Assembly: GCA_014728035.1 (NCBI GenBank)
Contig: WJMJ01000071.1
Location: 133,253-197,252, forward strand
DNA length: 64,000 nt
Reading direction: 5' to 3'
Origin: Promethearchaeota archaeon
GTDB lineage: Archaea > Asgardarchaeota > Thorarchaeia > Thorarchaeales > Thorarchaeaceae
In this document: positions 32,301-37,995 of the stretch, in pieces
Layout: each line of letters starts with the position of its first letter
Position numbering within the stretch: the stretch's first letter is position 1
Notes under the pieces: model-generated
Databases searched by the model: none
What the model was told of the DNA's origin: nothing
Seen by the model: only the letters and a program-made list of their open reading frames with translations
Made by a program: the position numbers and the translations under genes

Positions 32301-32445
32301 TTTCGAATTGGACGAGCTTCGAAAGGAGCTGAAACGAAGGGGTGTCGAAGACCATGAAATCGATAACCTAATCGATCAAGCGAAGGAATTACCACGAGAG
32401 GCTATAGATGCCTTGCTTGATAGTATTGGTAACGGAAGCGAATAG
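17389..32445 (+). CDS. Giant (~5,018 aa) single-pass surface protein: signal peptide, two DUF2341-like/LamG lectin modules, many Ig-like repeats, TM helix, ~240-aa cytoplasmic tail
   Basis: Start MRRASLVGLLIMLIF at 17389 with SD GGAGG. LamG motifs (WHHLVVTFD, FDGIIDEVRIS, FNGRIDQVEVS). Abundant N-x-S/T sequons. TM IGFPISLFVILILGMYVKVW at about 31651-31710. Confidence 0.9.
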   Translation: MRRASLVGLLIMLIFVIPVPSITTPAGTNYSESKTIQGTDSWSVADTTFTTGTGMPLSYSMIGTATNTYDGSMIIDSTSPSTTTVSLDDGWTGSGLETTVDTMVITDSDQLLNGDMNSYHTEKFLGTSFNSEDVLIPDNWALTKTDNSGTGHPHHGVFEFNSFSSSGYESTQGFRFDANWGASTSLSSTDSIYIGQMISAPYRELVSAEVQFYYRVDSVSDLNDQVYLVLRFGNYEYELHAFASGSTTDTWLSATVPIPISTIDAISLPDSILLEIGLATDLSGSQASARDAYVYVDSISVDLDVRPFPEQVGLTVNGTDVVGSEMYSISPFLPDGENRDGYDPDGSGFDLDGYNNDAVLSVGTWGTSWSDTSPYQIGLQFPLNIPSGAAITQAYIEVESAGVGTMSDMRLYLASRDSSLNDISAFTNGGAQLEDRLTFIDTSVDWSPSAWSYGERYYSPDFSALLQKGINENGWNAGDHVAIMLDFMYASSYQSYNDIKGSYGSFFDAHELARIYVEYIIPNAEDTVANLAYKKDITINSARVAATLTDFPVLVDIYDSDLKTDAQKDGDDIAFVQNGVQLAHEIEYYDHYYNSTHAHLIAWVNVPTLSGSSDTIIEMHYGDSEVGNLQNAAGVWNTGYESVWHMNNNLTAGQLIDSTENNYDGVSFDMAARNVTDGQIDGAYEFAGSSERAIVGQMDTDSWGAITLESWFYLDTDGDYRIISKEVGTGGGPHIFMIGVDNTQTLKVRIYTDGGNTDWNSPDDAISLSTWHHLVVTFDQSLSSNEVRVYLDGSYYYGEGNSGSTFDDSNTEVTIGDNSEGTRSFDGIIDEVRISNTARSSNWILTQFRNQDSPNSFLSVGSEQTNKDSYGSTETASLEFATSSTDPVSLETTASLTISGSGQSLDENMNTGTTFVVDNGTEYVNWTANVLISPPPNAASMNAYIDYPQTEWKPTSVTNPVGQSKTYGTDWTYTGGKLTIFADAVDIWGVWVIEFESMNYILDAKIGHQSQTLGNTDIFDINDVFEMQATTPWITDSRVGLVLTDPTGSQWHTDYATTTGTPTHQIPSFQYRKSITVSSSEVDADLTNYPMLVDILDSDLYDTSKVQSDGDDIVFVSANGDILPHEIEFWNQDVGGSQAQLVAWVKTNLSSTSDTTIYMYYGNPFVGPQEQPDDVWTEGHAAVWHLGENTIDEETTAIHYDSTTGGYDGNQIGNVRADGISGYSQSFATDDWIEINDTENLDPSDDVTISGWFYLSSSFSSTSPTTQVIMEKYISNDDDMLIALVGTDYGNSVPDGSLVFKVENSDGGYMYKYSQRTAWSPGWYHFACILDSDNPVNNKIFVNGADNTNAGYLGSSSYNSLSFSGHWGIGGRYSDTQIPGGEGFFNGRIDQVEVSNGIRSDAWIAAQYSNLYTSSTFRTIGSEQSRTSPDLTLTKTIDSTAPAGVWTASVYYNDTGVSVTNATGLIEREFIVQHDTTLTIVDPYDAVSDRTSLRLAGDLLEVELNLTDDITSGSVTGATVTMNWTQSSSPIEITLDDYGDGSYGVVLNTSDLGTAQRWRINIASYHPYYNNATEYFDLDLYHETKLTYLNVTSTPIGFDSTATLVYWDVYDDAPITGATIAFENGTTITTDAEGNGYYNISLDLNYLGLGNHWFVFDASKSDSFMADADTNVTFTVRKHYTSVSVQGDFVTPFGFNTNVTVVLIDMDTGTSLSTSDVASLSFNSVSYSAQIINLPGSFDQTLTTNTWGLGDETVTLSVSLVDSIYFTPDDYAFTVTIRKHYTTVSVVGDFLSPYGFNTSVTIILTDSDTGTAVASTNVNSFTFTPAANDPESESNPSDYIYEMDTDGWVVGIDTVTLTVDMTGSDYFDPNSFDFDIEIRKHYTSVTISGDLSTPWGQNTTLTISLIDTDLGTSVTVGNVASFTFDSAIPSSEGESNPSDYIYELDTDGWSVGIETVTLTVDMTGSDYFDPDSYNFDIQIRNHYTAVTVKGNMTTPAGMDTDLIVEVVDLDTGTVVSVLDVNSFSMSWTGDSQNFDGTSYSVTLLTNTWALGTETVTITVDMTGSDYFDPDTYDFDITIRKHFTSVSVSGDYITPYGETTDVTIIIYDSDTGTQLAAGAASWFNFTWTGGFYEQNPASSLTDTLPTDSWSVSTVTVTLEVSMSGSNYMDPDFFSFDVTIRKHYTSVTVTGDLTSPYGNTTDLTVKITDLDTGTLVTYNNVDWLNFTWATSFHEITTVSTFDITIATDSWVVGATSVTLSVSMGSSDYFNPTDYTFDITIHSIETDLSNEFNDMIFPNGDDFNIILRLNITEQGQYYGNPLTGLTATNFTVKNSTGSYVFTLEHLNDGRYNLTIAGGYFPEGQYTIYVAFVSTDSRYRSSSITIVFEYRPARSELSSGDRTVTTPYQTDYTVTLTFTDIDRDEGILDATITAEGVEIYGQQNLGNGLYRITVNITSLSKGTHYYNLTADADGYENQTLSFTVVIRIAYTYAIPSTGALDIPVGNSPVFYVEYWDIDRDMAITGATVDHNWTETISVTMVGEEYKITFTTSDSVDLGTYLVMFNFSKGENYQFGLFNLTVVVRTHNTDFRLVSAVEPTAYNGEIEISVFYGDLDTAGAGIVSNLISYEVWNASMQVSATMVNDTTLGAGYYLITISASQFNGLGIQDFTVYFNWTGSVYKFQNKTVGASANIVGEDSRYTLILSSEPTPYLTNMSYTFFYSRSNGDGIINDTGDVHINVVFTGESVDLSKVDIWEVDQTNSPGNYSVRFNTSIFSHTGLIYMRVYINWSYGVAPFYTNRTDTISVRVLARDTLVSLVPASATPYSEIASFTFNYEDALIDESIENSTSLNISLSLSEYTLSYELTTRTFTVEFNTTQFGGLGQQSFTLDIVWYGSPFYQNKTGRTVFVTVTTRDTVLDYQSPAPTPYMDNVTFTVTWTDVTGSSTSGITGANVTLYYLGAEISSSYYKVTEGTNGEYTIELNTTYFLTPGSYVITANMTSLEIYYDSEDADRSLTITKRVTSLTSDPFDAVPYNSSFTVILYYQDTLTLSDIANNSDVFFTIETAGSWLYTINWIESKGYYELIIETYNQPSLEIGVEYSLQLNMSFSYESPFYNWDDTTITFELRYRESSLERETSPVQTSYLDWIDFIVYYGDADGATGIPGATITVEVGGSPLTLVTEYTYTDDADGYYSISVASDALGGIGSFGIDVWANWSMIAPFHDNASLSLSLTVIRRPTDVTIVSTPSRTSYLENITFVIELTDLGYGTTISSVTKNLLHIYNGVSELASSDFDFTDIGSNQFEISIDSTVITSVLVSNLQLNISIDWPDSPNYYRDDSTLVRVTIIARTTALSIEPPTNTAYGENASLQLGYIDTTTVDTLIENANNLSISTNLTEIPQITYNAGTKLFSISLDTSQFGSIGKFVFHINVTWVGSPYYANRTFQQITVTITLRQSQLDYQAPAPTPYGDNVSFSITYEDIAGSVDIGIDDAEITLYNGTTQIPLNYYQVELQGNGLFNFEFYSGFFETPGYYNINASFVYNGTNYVADASAIRILNVRYRTTLVSSEPVGSIGYGTTMEIILYYQDMLTLDNIGNLTPQTTLTVLNGTDWDFTITWQEVTGTYRLLVETADKVLPVGETQVLYLNMSYQFDSPYYYWDTIYVSFTVRNRVSSLDVQDAPVPAAYLEYAEFTMYYWDVDVTQGIAGATISIETTTTFSEGSDFFVSEGSPGVYNIQLNTTALPSLGVFQVKITAIWNGSAPYHNNASRNVTVSVTQRDAEVEIISPPSQTRFLDNLTFTFTYTDILSSSSISVSSSDVLIYSEGLLLGANEYVITPSGSNFFVSINSTVLGSTLVSNLNLTILIDWNDSTSPYYTDDQTSLRVSTVGRTMSVTFGQIESVPIFDNLTIGFYLEDSAKETPISNAIIYFDCQTVSLLEGVSYVLTEGTGSLEGYYNLTVLTSYLPDVGDYNFDLTIHWNATNQPFYANLSTITLTGSIDLIWTSLQSDLPSPSSVEITDSVNVTVYFRDLDHGQIGINAATIFVSYLDTGLVPSNLAITSLPNGVYNISFSTIDLDSTGSYALNITAQRTYYRTSVVQPSFTVTVIRTILTPLEDTIQLSWTENANITVEYENLLNGNLTAGATLTFEWAGGTGFLTEIGSTGVYSANIDTSLANSGTRVIKVYAQKDKFANAVTTITLIVLTLPSDMIPIIPDVASLNLPRGASVPITVYLNDTFNGVPINDTYVQNIYVSFQGVDYPMTFNTSLGYYTATIPGSATELPITFYSVNILAEFINYNPAPYQFKINLQQSRTELKLSGETTKTINAYYSDLVTFEVNFTATDLGFQITEANGTAVIWDLSEVGIQGNFTHVADGIWQAVFNTTLANYGSWGITILGQPGDPVLSDSITTLTLTIKLIPTQATSSLAPTVVWGWEGNVSFYYEDTWNGGGIPAASAIVSWGPYSGINATDIGNGFYSVFINTTILTPGARYPVSISFTKPNYVVGTSSLNVEVTEVPTELIIDSPVQNRVAEDNPQNLIVPMGDTIEVMILYNDTDTTEGYIGGISGASLLDASVFRGVTFDGGRDFSLIPMEDGWYKLVFDTLDESIYQISNGTPVIEDGYYRYTIVLKLTNYQTSEVTIRFRIIEVPTSVSSEPEETSFSLIHGVSRVVRVQFNDTWHGIGITDASLTISSDTPSVTIVGWIEEGDGWYSIELYAESVGVPSAIQIVLSSPYHTNGTAQFRVSVLMNEFDVLVDNSLRIGFPISLFVILILGMYVKVWSVPKRIRQINGQIKAMEKGKLPKPISEVRERRGVIADLWTDTLKGLELTRSISDIPEHSVPVEVPEMGTLLIQLQLLTHLNQEELDEFKSDISKMRMSEQAAFVKEVIHQEAIRAARREHTTVEDILDKIARKAQEIAPGGTPVTEPEKVIDTVFPITEKTEEIDELTPDETKTPDETPPVVDDSRWDIGSGDKLSDFELDELRKELKRRGVEDHEIDNLIDQAKELPREAIDALLDSIGNGSE
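22417..24225 (+). repeat. Six tandem ~100-aa Ig-like repeats inside the giant gene
   Basis: R(K/N)H(Y/F)T anchors at 22417, 22720, 23023, 23326, 23623 and 23923 (spacings 303, 303, 303, 297, 300 nt). Shared VDMTGSDYFDP motif. Confidence 0.85.
25807..29040 (+). repeat. Higher-order duplication of a ~540-aa, five-domain block inside the giant gene
   Basis: LDYQSPAPTPY (~26130) vs LDYQAPAPTPY (~27750); LYYQD...LNMS...SP.Y.WD occurs twice; SRTSYLENITF vs SQTRFLDNLTF. Offset about 1,620 nt. Confidence 0.75.
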
Positions 32446-32449
32446 TTTC

Positions 32450-33211
32450 CTACTCTTCCTCTCTCAAAAAATATGAGAGGGGAAGGGTTCTGCTATATCT
32501 GGTAGGTTTCATACGGGATGTTGTATGTTCTGGAAATTGTGGATGTTTACTGAGAAAATACTTTACATACGAGGAGGACTGATCAACTCTAACATGTATC
32601 TGTGTACTACTTGCCAGTGTTTGCCCTCCTGCAGGTATATTCTTAGTCTGTTCCACTTTTGGTGCAGTAACTACAGTTGCTAATTCCCTTCTTAGCGTAA
32701 ATGTCGTAATTTTTGTTATCATATGACTGATTTCTTGGAGCTTCTCTCCGGTCAATCCTTCTTCAAGATATAAATTTGGCAATCCTGTGATGATTAGTAA
32801 TTTAGCTGATATGCGTGCAAAGAAACTATCCAATTGGTTCATAATCAAATCGTAAGTCTGTGAAGCATTGAAAGCACGAGAGATATAGATTCGGTCCATT
32901 ACTTCTTCTGGTTCAAGCCCTAGTTCATATGCAACATCAGAGATCTGATCGACTTTGAGAATGTTGGCACTGTCTACAATAATTGCCGGACTATTAAGAC
33001 CCCCTTGTTTCTGTGGAAGCTGGATATGTACCGCCAATCTAAGAATATCTTCATGGAGATCTCGATTTCCAAAAAATAGATGTGTGAGACCTAGTTCCAA
33101 CCCACCTCTCAACAGATCATCAATTTCTTTTGTACCTGTACTCACAATTCGGCGTATTACTTGGTCTGCTGTAGTAAAACCAATTTTCAGTTGTGGTTCC
33201 GATGATTTCAT
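32450..33211 (-). CDS. RadA/Rad51-like paralog with a degenerate Walker A
   Basis: STGTKEIDDLLRGGLE, QLPQKQGGL, IYISRAFN and AGGQTLA are Rad51-core motifs. The P-loop position reads FGNRDLHE with no GKT. Confidence 0.8.
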   Translation of the reverse strand: MKSSEPQLKIGFTTADQVIRRIVSTGTKEIDDLLRGGLELGLTHLFFGNRDLHEDILRLAVHIQLPQKQGGLNSPAIIVDSANILKVDQISDVAYELGLEPEEVMDRIYISRAFNASQTYDLIMNQLDSFFARISAKLLIITGLPNLYLEEGLTGEKLQEISHMITKITTFTLRRELATVVTAPKVEQTKNIPAGGQTLASSTQIHVRVDQSSSYVKYFLSKHPQFPEHTTSRMKPTRYSRTLPLSYFLREEE

Positions 33212-33348
33212 TTCATATTGTTGTCTGTGTGTGGGTAAATAATGACCACGATTTTTCTCAATACCATCTGGATATTCTTTTCCTAACAGTCAGTCGAGAG
33301 GCTTAATAGTAAGAATTGCATTGTCGTATATTACCGGGAGAATTTAGA

Positions 33349-33552
33349 TTGAGTGAGAAAATTAGAATATGCCCTTGTTGTGGAAGTACACATGTTCAGG
33401 TGATCAAAAACGTAAGGAAAAAATCATCTGGTCCAATTAATTATCGTTGTAGTTCGAAAGACTGTGGATACTATGGTTCTGTTTGTGTAGAGATTGACTC
33501 AGAAGATGTGGAGCATTTTCAATCCGCAATAAAACAGGCAAGTATCCAGTAA
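33349..33552 (+). CDS. Small zinc-ribbon protein
   Basis: CPCCGS...YRCSSKDCGY. TTG start at 33349 after GGGAG. Confidence 0.65.
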   Translation: MSEKIRICPCCGSTHVQVIKNVRKKSSGPINYRCSSKDCGYYGSVCVEIDSEDVEHFQSAIKQASIQ

Positions 33553-33621
33553 TCAAAAAACCTTCCTGATAATCCGAAATCCACTTAAGGCTGGCTTCAC
33601 AGGGATTTCTTGGTGAATAAT

Positions 33622-34062
33622 TTGGTTAAGGTCGACGAATTTGAATTTCCTGATGACCTATACTACTATGCTGGCGAAACTGATTCGCTTTGGATGAAAA
33701 ATGAAGATGGAAAAGTCCGTCTTGGTTTAACTTCTCTTGGTGCTTACGCAGCAGGGAAAATCAAATTCATTCGAATGCGACCGCCCGGCAAAAAGGTGAA
33801 AGAAGGTCGAAGTATCGGCACTCTTGAGTCTGGAAAATGGACAGGTGCGGTTAAGAGTCCAGTTGGCGGGACGATAGTAGAGGTCAATGAAGATATCAAA
33901 GATAATCCTAGCAAATTGAATGACGATCCATACGGGGATGGATGGTTAGTTCTTATCGAACCTGAAGATATTGGTGATTTGGACAAGTACCAACACACAG
34001 ATGGCCTTGAAGCTTGGGCAAAAGATGAAGTTGCCGCTAAAAAGGCTATGAAAGGTGAATAG
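33622..34062 (+). CDS. gcvH: Glycine cleavage H-like lipoate-carrier protein (GcvH/LbpA family)
   Basis: FPDDLYY, ESGKWTG (lipoyl Lys), SPVGGTIVEVN, NDDPYGDGW. TTG start at 33622 after GGTGA. Confidence 0.85.
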   Translation: MVKVDEFEFPDDLYYYAGETDSLWMKNEDGKVRLGLTSLGAYAAGKIKFIRMRPPGKKVKEGRSIGTLESGKWTGAVKSPVGGTIVEVNEDIKDNPSKLNDDPYGDGWLVLIEPEDIGDLDKYQHTDGLEAWAKDEVAAKKAMKGE

Positions 34063-34067
34063 TAGAA

Positions 34068-34092
34068 GTGATGCCGGTATACACCGGCTCAC
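34068..34092. terminator. Hairpin between convergent genes
   Basis: gtga-t-gccggt/atac/accggc-tcac followed by a T-rich run. Confidence 0.55.
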
Positions 34093-34096
34093 ATTT

Positions 34097-35242
34097 TCAT
34101 TTCCTTCTTGCAAGCTGTCTTCTTAGATTCATAGATGCGTCATATAGTACCTCTGGCGGAGTTAGGACATAAAGTAGGTTTCGAGAATACCCGGATTCGA
34201 AGAGGATACTTTGAAAAATTAAAGTCTGTAGACTTTTTTCAATATCATGAGGATCATAACGTATTCCTAATTCTTCACATTTTACTGCTATATTGTCATT
34301 GACAGTGTGTTTATCGATATAGGTTTCAGTTGGATATCTTGTCAGATGTTCAGCTATACTCTCCAAAACTAAAAGGGTCATGAAGTCATTTAATGCGATA
34401 GTATCGATAATATCCATGTAATCTTGGTCATTCCCAACAATCGTTATATTAGAAGTAGCTGCTCTTACTGCTTCAGAATCAATCTCCTGTCCCTGAGAAG
34501 ATAGTGGCCATAATGCTTTCAGGGCTTCAATAGATGTTTTGGGTTTGGACGCATCAAATTCGCAAACTATGTCGGTAATATATCTGATAATCTCATCAGT
34601 CAATGACATAGGAAATGTATCTTCAACACGCATACGGACTATCTCATACAATTGAGATTGAGTATAGGTGTCTAGAGGTACTTCAAAATCGTATGCCATT
34701 TGAGTTGCTGGTTTTTTTGTAAGCAGTCTATAATCATGACTGTTAAGGACTCCAATTGTACTAGCTTTGATCTCCTTGGAGAGTCGAGCAAGCTTTGCAT
34801 AAACTTCTTCATTTCTTTCATCAATGTTATCAATGACAAATATGGTCTTCTTACTTGCTGAAGTTGCAGTTCTTTTGAATTGCATCCATAATACATCAAG
34901 ATCAAATGCCACTGTAATAGGTTTCTTTGTTTCTTGATGTATCTTATCATTTAGCTCAGAAACTATCTCCAAAACATCTTTGCTTCTTGCATCAACATAG
35001 ACTGTATACGCATCGAACTGTTGAGGTATCAATTTGGTTAGAAAATACCGTGAAAATACTGTCATACCTACGCCTGTTATCCCATGAACCAAACAGTTGA
35101 CTCCGTATTCTGATTCATAGGAATCTCTGTAGACTCCAGTTAGACTGTGCATCTCCCTATCGCGATGAAGCAACATCTCTGGCACATAGTAAGGATCGAA
35201 TAACCCTCTTGGGCTACCTATTTTCTTTCTCATCCTTATCAT
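34097..35242 (-). CDS. Cdc6/Orc1-family AAA+ paralog with degenerate ATPase motifs
   Basis: FDPYYVPEMLLHRDRE, HGITGVGMT (Walker A Lys replaced by Met), VIDNID (Walker B Glu replaced by Asn), YTQSQLYEIVRMRV, C-terminal WH. Confidence 0.82.
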   Translation of the reverse strand: MIRMRKKIGSPRGLFDPYYVPEMLLHRDREMHSLTGVYRDSYESEYGVNCLVHGITGVGMTVFSRYFLTKLIPQQFDAYTVYVDARSKDVLEIVSELNDKIHQETKKPITVAFDLDVLWMQFKRTATSASKKTIFVIDNIDERNEEVYAKLARLSKEIKASTIGVLNSHDYRLLTKKPATQMAYDFEVPLDTYTQSQLYEIVRMRVEDTFPMSLTDEIIRYITDIVCEFDASKPKTSIEALKALWPLSSQGQEIDSEAVRAATSNITIVGNDQDYMDIIDTIALNDFMTLLVLESIAEHLTRYPTETYIDKHTVNDNIAVKCEELGIRYDPHDIEKSLQTLIFQSILFESGYSRNLLYVLTPPEVLYDASMNLRRQLARRK

Positions 35243-35301
35243 AAGTTAGTAAGGATGTGCATATATAAACACCTAGAGACCCTAAGCCGAAAGTATTCTC
35301 A

Positions 35302-36645
35302 TTAGACCATAGAACTCAGCACATCATCACAATGCGGGTCAAATAGAAAATCGTTGAAATGACCTCCAATTATTTCTCTTAGTTCTATCATTCGTTTCAA
35401 TTTGGACTTGTCACTAAATGGCCATTTATGTTCAGGTTTAGGTGTTATTTCCAGTTTCTCGGTTAATTTGACTATATTTAGAACTGTATCAAAGAGGTCT
35501 CTTCCAGTTGCATCGTCAGGTCGAATTTCTCTGGAATGCATAACAATCCCATATGCTGGAGTATTATCTCCTAGGTACCACTTACTTGGTGCATGACCGT
35601 ACTTTGCAAAAGGTTCCAACCCGTGTTCTCTCAGAAGATTATCAATGCTATCAATTCCATCTTGCATTTTTCGAAGACTATTTTCATAGAATCCATACCC
35701 TTCAAAGAGTGCAATCTGGTTACCCTGTTTTGGATTTCGTTTTGGTAATTTGATTCTGATGTCTTTCATTCGTTCAATCTCGTCATTATCAAGCTCTTCC
35801 AAATCAACTATATCGCATATTTCATCTTTAACGTAGTCTGGAAATTGTAGAATTAGCAATGGCGGTTTTAGTGAGCCTCTCACATCCTCATGTGCAGCTA
35901 CTATGGATTCTCCATAACGTATCTTACTTTTTTTCTCAATCATTTCAGTAAGAGCTGTACCAAGATCAGTAGCATCGTCGAAATGTGCCAGTCCGCCAAC
36001 AAGGGATTCCTTAGGAAATGGTTTGATTGCTAGACGTAATTCAGTAATGAATCCTAGAGTTCCATGTGATGCAGCAATATCATGAATATTCATCTCAGCT
36101 TTGTTGAGTCGTTCTGCTAAAGACTTGTTCTCGCTTGTGACTCCTTCATTATCTATAACTAATTTGGAACCATCATGAAGAATCACTGTAACACGTAATG
36201 TATTATCTCTCATTGTTCCATTAACCCAAGTATCATTTCCCCCTCCATCCGTCGAGAGAATTCCTCCAACCGTTGCAATATCCCTACTACTTGGTGCAAC
36301 CCATAGTTTCATTCCATGAGGTTCAAGGAAGGCGTTAATCTCATCGGGTGTAGCTCCTGGTTGTACATCAATATATGGTTGCTCAGAGTCTTTTGAAATA
36401 GTTAGTAAATCTGTCATACCAAGGCTGCTTAGCATTATTCTCTCATCATTTCCACCAGTACATGCTCCACTTAGTCCGGACCCACCACCCTTGGGAGTTA
36501 TGCTAACATCCATCTTTCGAGCAGTGGATATTGCTTGGATTACTTCTTGTTCGTTCTTTGGATAAAAGACTCCTTTAATCATCTTGAAATTTAGTCTGTA
36601 GTACATCGAAGCATTTGCGCCTATTGCAATATCTCGTAACTTCAT
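35302..36645 (-). CDS. FAD-linked oxidoreductase (GlcD/Dld-like)
   Basis: PKGGGSGLSGA, ATVGG, SHGTLGFITE, C-terminal EH. Start MKLRD at 36645 with SD GAGGAG. Confidence 0.85.
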   Translation of the reverse strand: MKLRDIAIGANASMYYRLNFKMIKGVFYPKNEQEVIQAISTARKMDVSITPKGGGSGLSGACTGGNDERIMLSSLGMTDLLTISKDSEQPYIDVQPGATPDEINAFLEPHGMKLWVAPSSRDIATVGGILSTDGGGNDTWVNGTMRDNTLRVTVILHDGSKLVIDNEGVTSENKSLAERLNKAEMNIHDIAASHGTLGFITELRLAIKPFPKESLVGGLAHFDDATDLGTALTEMIEKKSKIRYGESIVAAHEDVRGSLKPPLLILQFPDYVKDEICDIVDLEELDNDEIERMKDIRIKLPKRNPKQGNQIALFEGYGFYENSLRKMQDGIDSIDNLLREHGLEPFAKYGHAPSKWYLGDNTPAYGIVMHSREIRPDDATGRDLFDTVLNIVKLTEKLEITPKPEHKWPFSDKSKLKRMIELREIIGGHFNDFLFDPHCDDVLSSMV

Positions 36646-36646
36646 T

Positions 36647-37747
36647 TCATTCTCCTCTGAAAGACTGATCAATTAGTTCAACGATGTCCTTTGTTTTCAA
36701 ATTTGTACCAAGTAGTTGTTCTCTACACGCAGGACAACACGTTATCACCGTAGTGTTTTCCAAATTTTCTTTCTGTGCACGTAGTTGGATTATTTTATCA
36801 CTTAAATTAGGGTCAGTTAATCTTAACAGACCTCCGCCTCCACAGCAAGATAATTCCATCTCTCTGTAGTCAATATCCATTTTCCTAAGTAAAGACCTTG
36901 GTTCCACTTTTACTTCGCACAATCGGTGCAACTCGCATGGATCATGATATGCGAATGATTCGGTTTGATTGTAACTGGGAATTTCATCGAGCAGTCTATC
37001 AAAGAATTGTGTGTGATGCAGTACTTCCGCATCCAATTGATGATGATTTCTAAGCTGCATCAGACATCCTGGACAACATGTTATCACCTGTTTGGCTTTT
37101 GCTGATTTGATAACTTGACGGTTATGTTTTTGCAGGTCTTTCGCTCCTTCTTCGTCTCCTGCTAAATCAAGTGGATGCCCACAACAGAATTCTTCAGCTC
37201 CCATGACAAGATATTTGATATCCAATTCTTCTAGCATTGTGATAAATGACTTTAGAACATCAATTTGTGATCCCCTGAATGACATAAGACATCCCAGAAA
37301 TACCATCACATCTGCAGTTTTTCCTTTTTCATAGAGTCGGTCTTCTATATTTGGGAAGCTCATTTCGATTTCATCAACCCAATAGATTGCCCTGTCATCC
37401 ATTGGGAGTCCATAGATATTCCTTACATTTGCTAAAGCATTCTTTAATGCATCTAGATATTCGAACTCTTCAGGAGCAGTTTCATAGGCTTTAGCTCTTT
37501 GTTTGTGCCAGATCTGAAGCAAATCAACATCAGAAGAGCATATCTCCGCACATTTTCCACACATAGAGCATTGGAATAGAAGTCTGCGAAATTCTTTTGC
37601 CAGTTCTGCATCATCTTCAATTTCGTCCATAACTTGTAATAGGTAATTTTTTCCTCGGGGAGAGAATTGTTCTTCTCCAATTGCATCAAACATGGGACAG
37701 AATTTTACACAGGATCCACATCTAACACATTTATCATATGACATCAA
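36647..37747 (-). CDS. Fe-S protein with two 4Fe-4S motifs and CCG domains (GlcF/HdrD-like)
   Basis: CVRCGSCVKFCP, CSMCGKCAEIC, CCG, YHDPC, CCGGGG, CPAC. Confidence 0.88.
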   Translation of the reverse strand: MMSYDKCVRCGSCVKFCPMFDAIGEEQFSPRGKNYLLQVMDEIEDDAELAKEFRRLLFQCSMCGKCAEICSSDVDLLQIWHKQRAKAYETAPEEFEYLDALKNALANVRNIYGLPMDDRAIYWVDEIEMSFPNIEDRLYEKGKTADVMVFLGCLMSFRGSQIDVLKSFITMLEELDIKYLVMGAEEFCCGHPLDLAGDEEGAKDLQKHNRQVIKSAKAKQVITCCPGCLMQLRNHHQLDAEVLHHTQFFDRLLDEIPSYNQTESFAYHDPCELHRLCEVKVEPRSLLRKMDIDYREMELSCCGGGGLLRLTDPNLSDKIIQLRAQKENLENTTVITCCPACREQLLGTNLKTKDIVELIDQSFRGE

Positions 37748-37995
37748 ATGAACTCCAGATATTCTATTTGTAAATATTCATTTTGCACTAAAGAGACTTG
37801 CCTTCTGATAGTTTTTCATTTTTAATGCATAGTGTTCTTACTTCCTTAGTGGTAGGATATTGATTAATATGAAAGATTGATATCCAATTTGGATACTGAA
37901 TTTGGTTGAAAAAGCCTGCTTATTTCGACGCATATTTATTATGATTGTATTTGTTTTTCATTGTAGACGATATCCAGCTTAGGAAATGATTTGCC

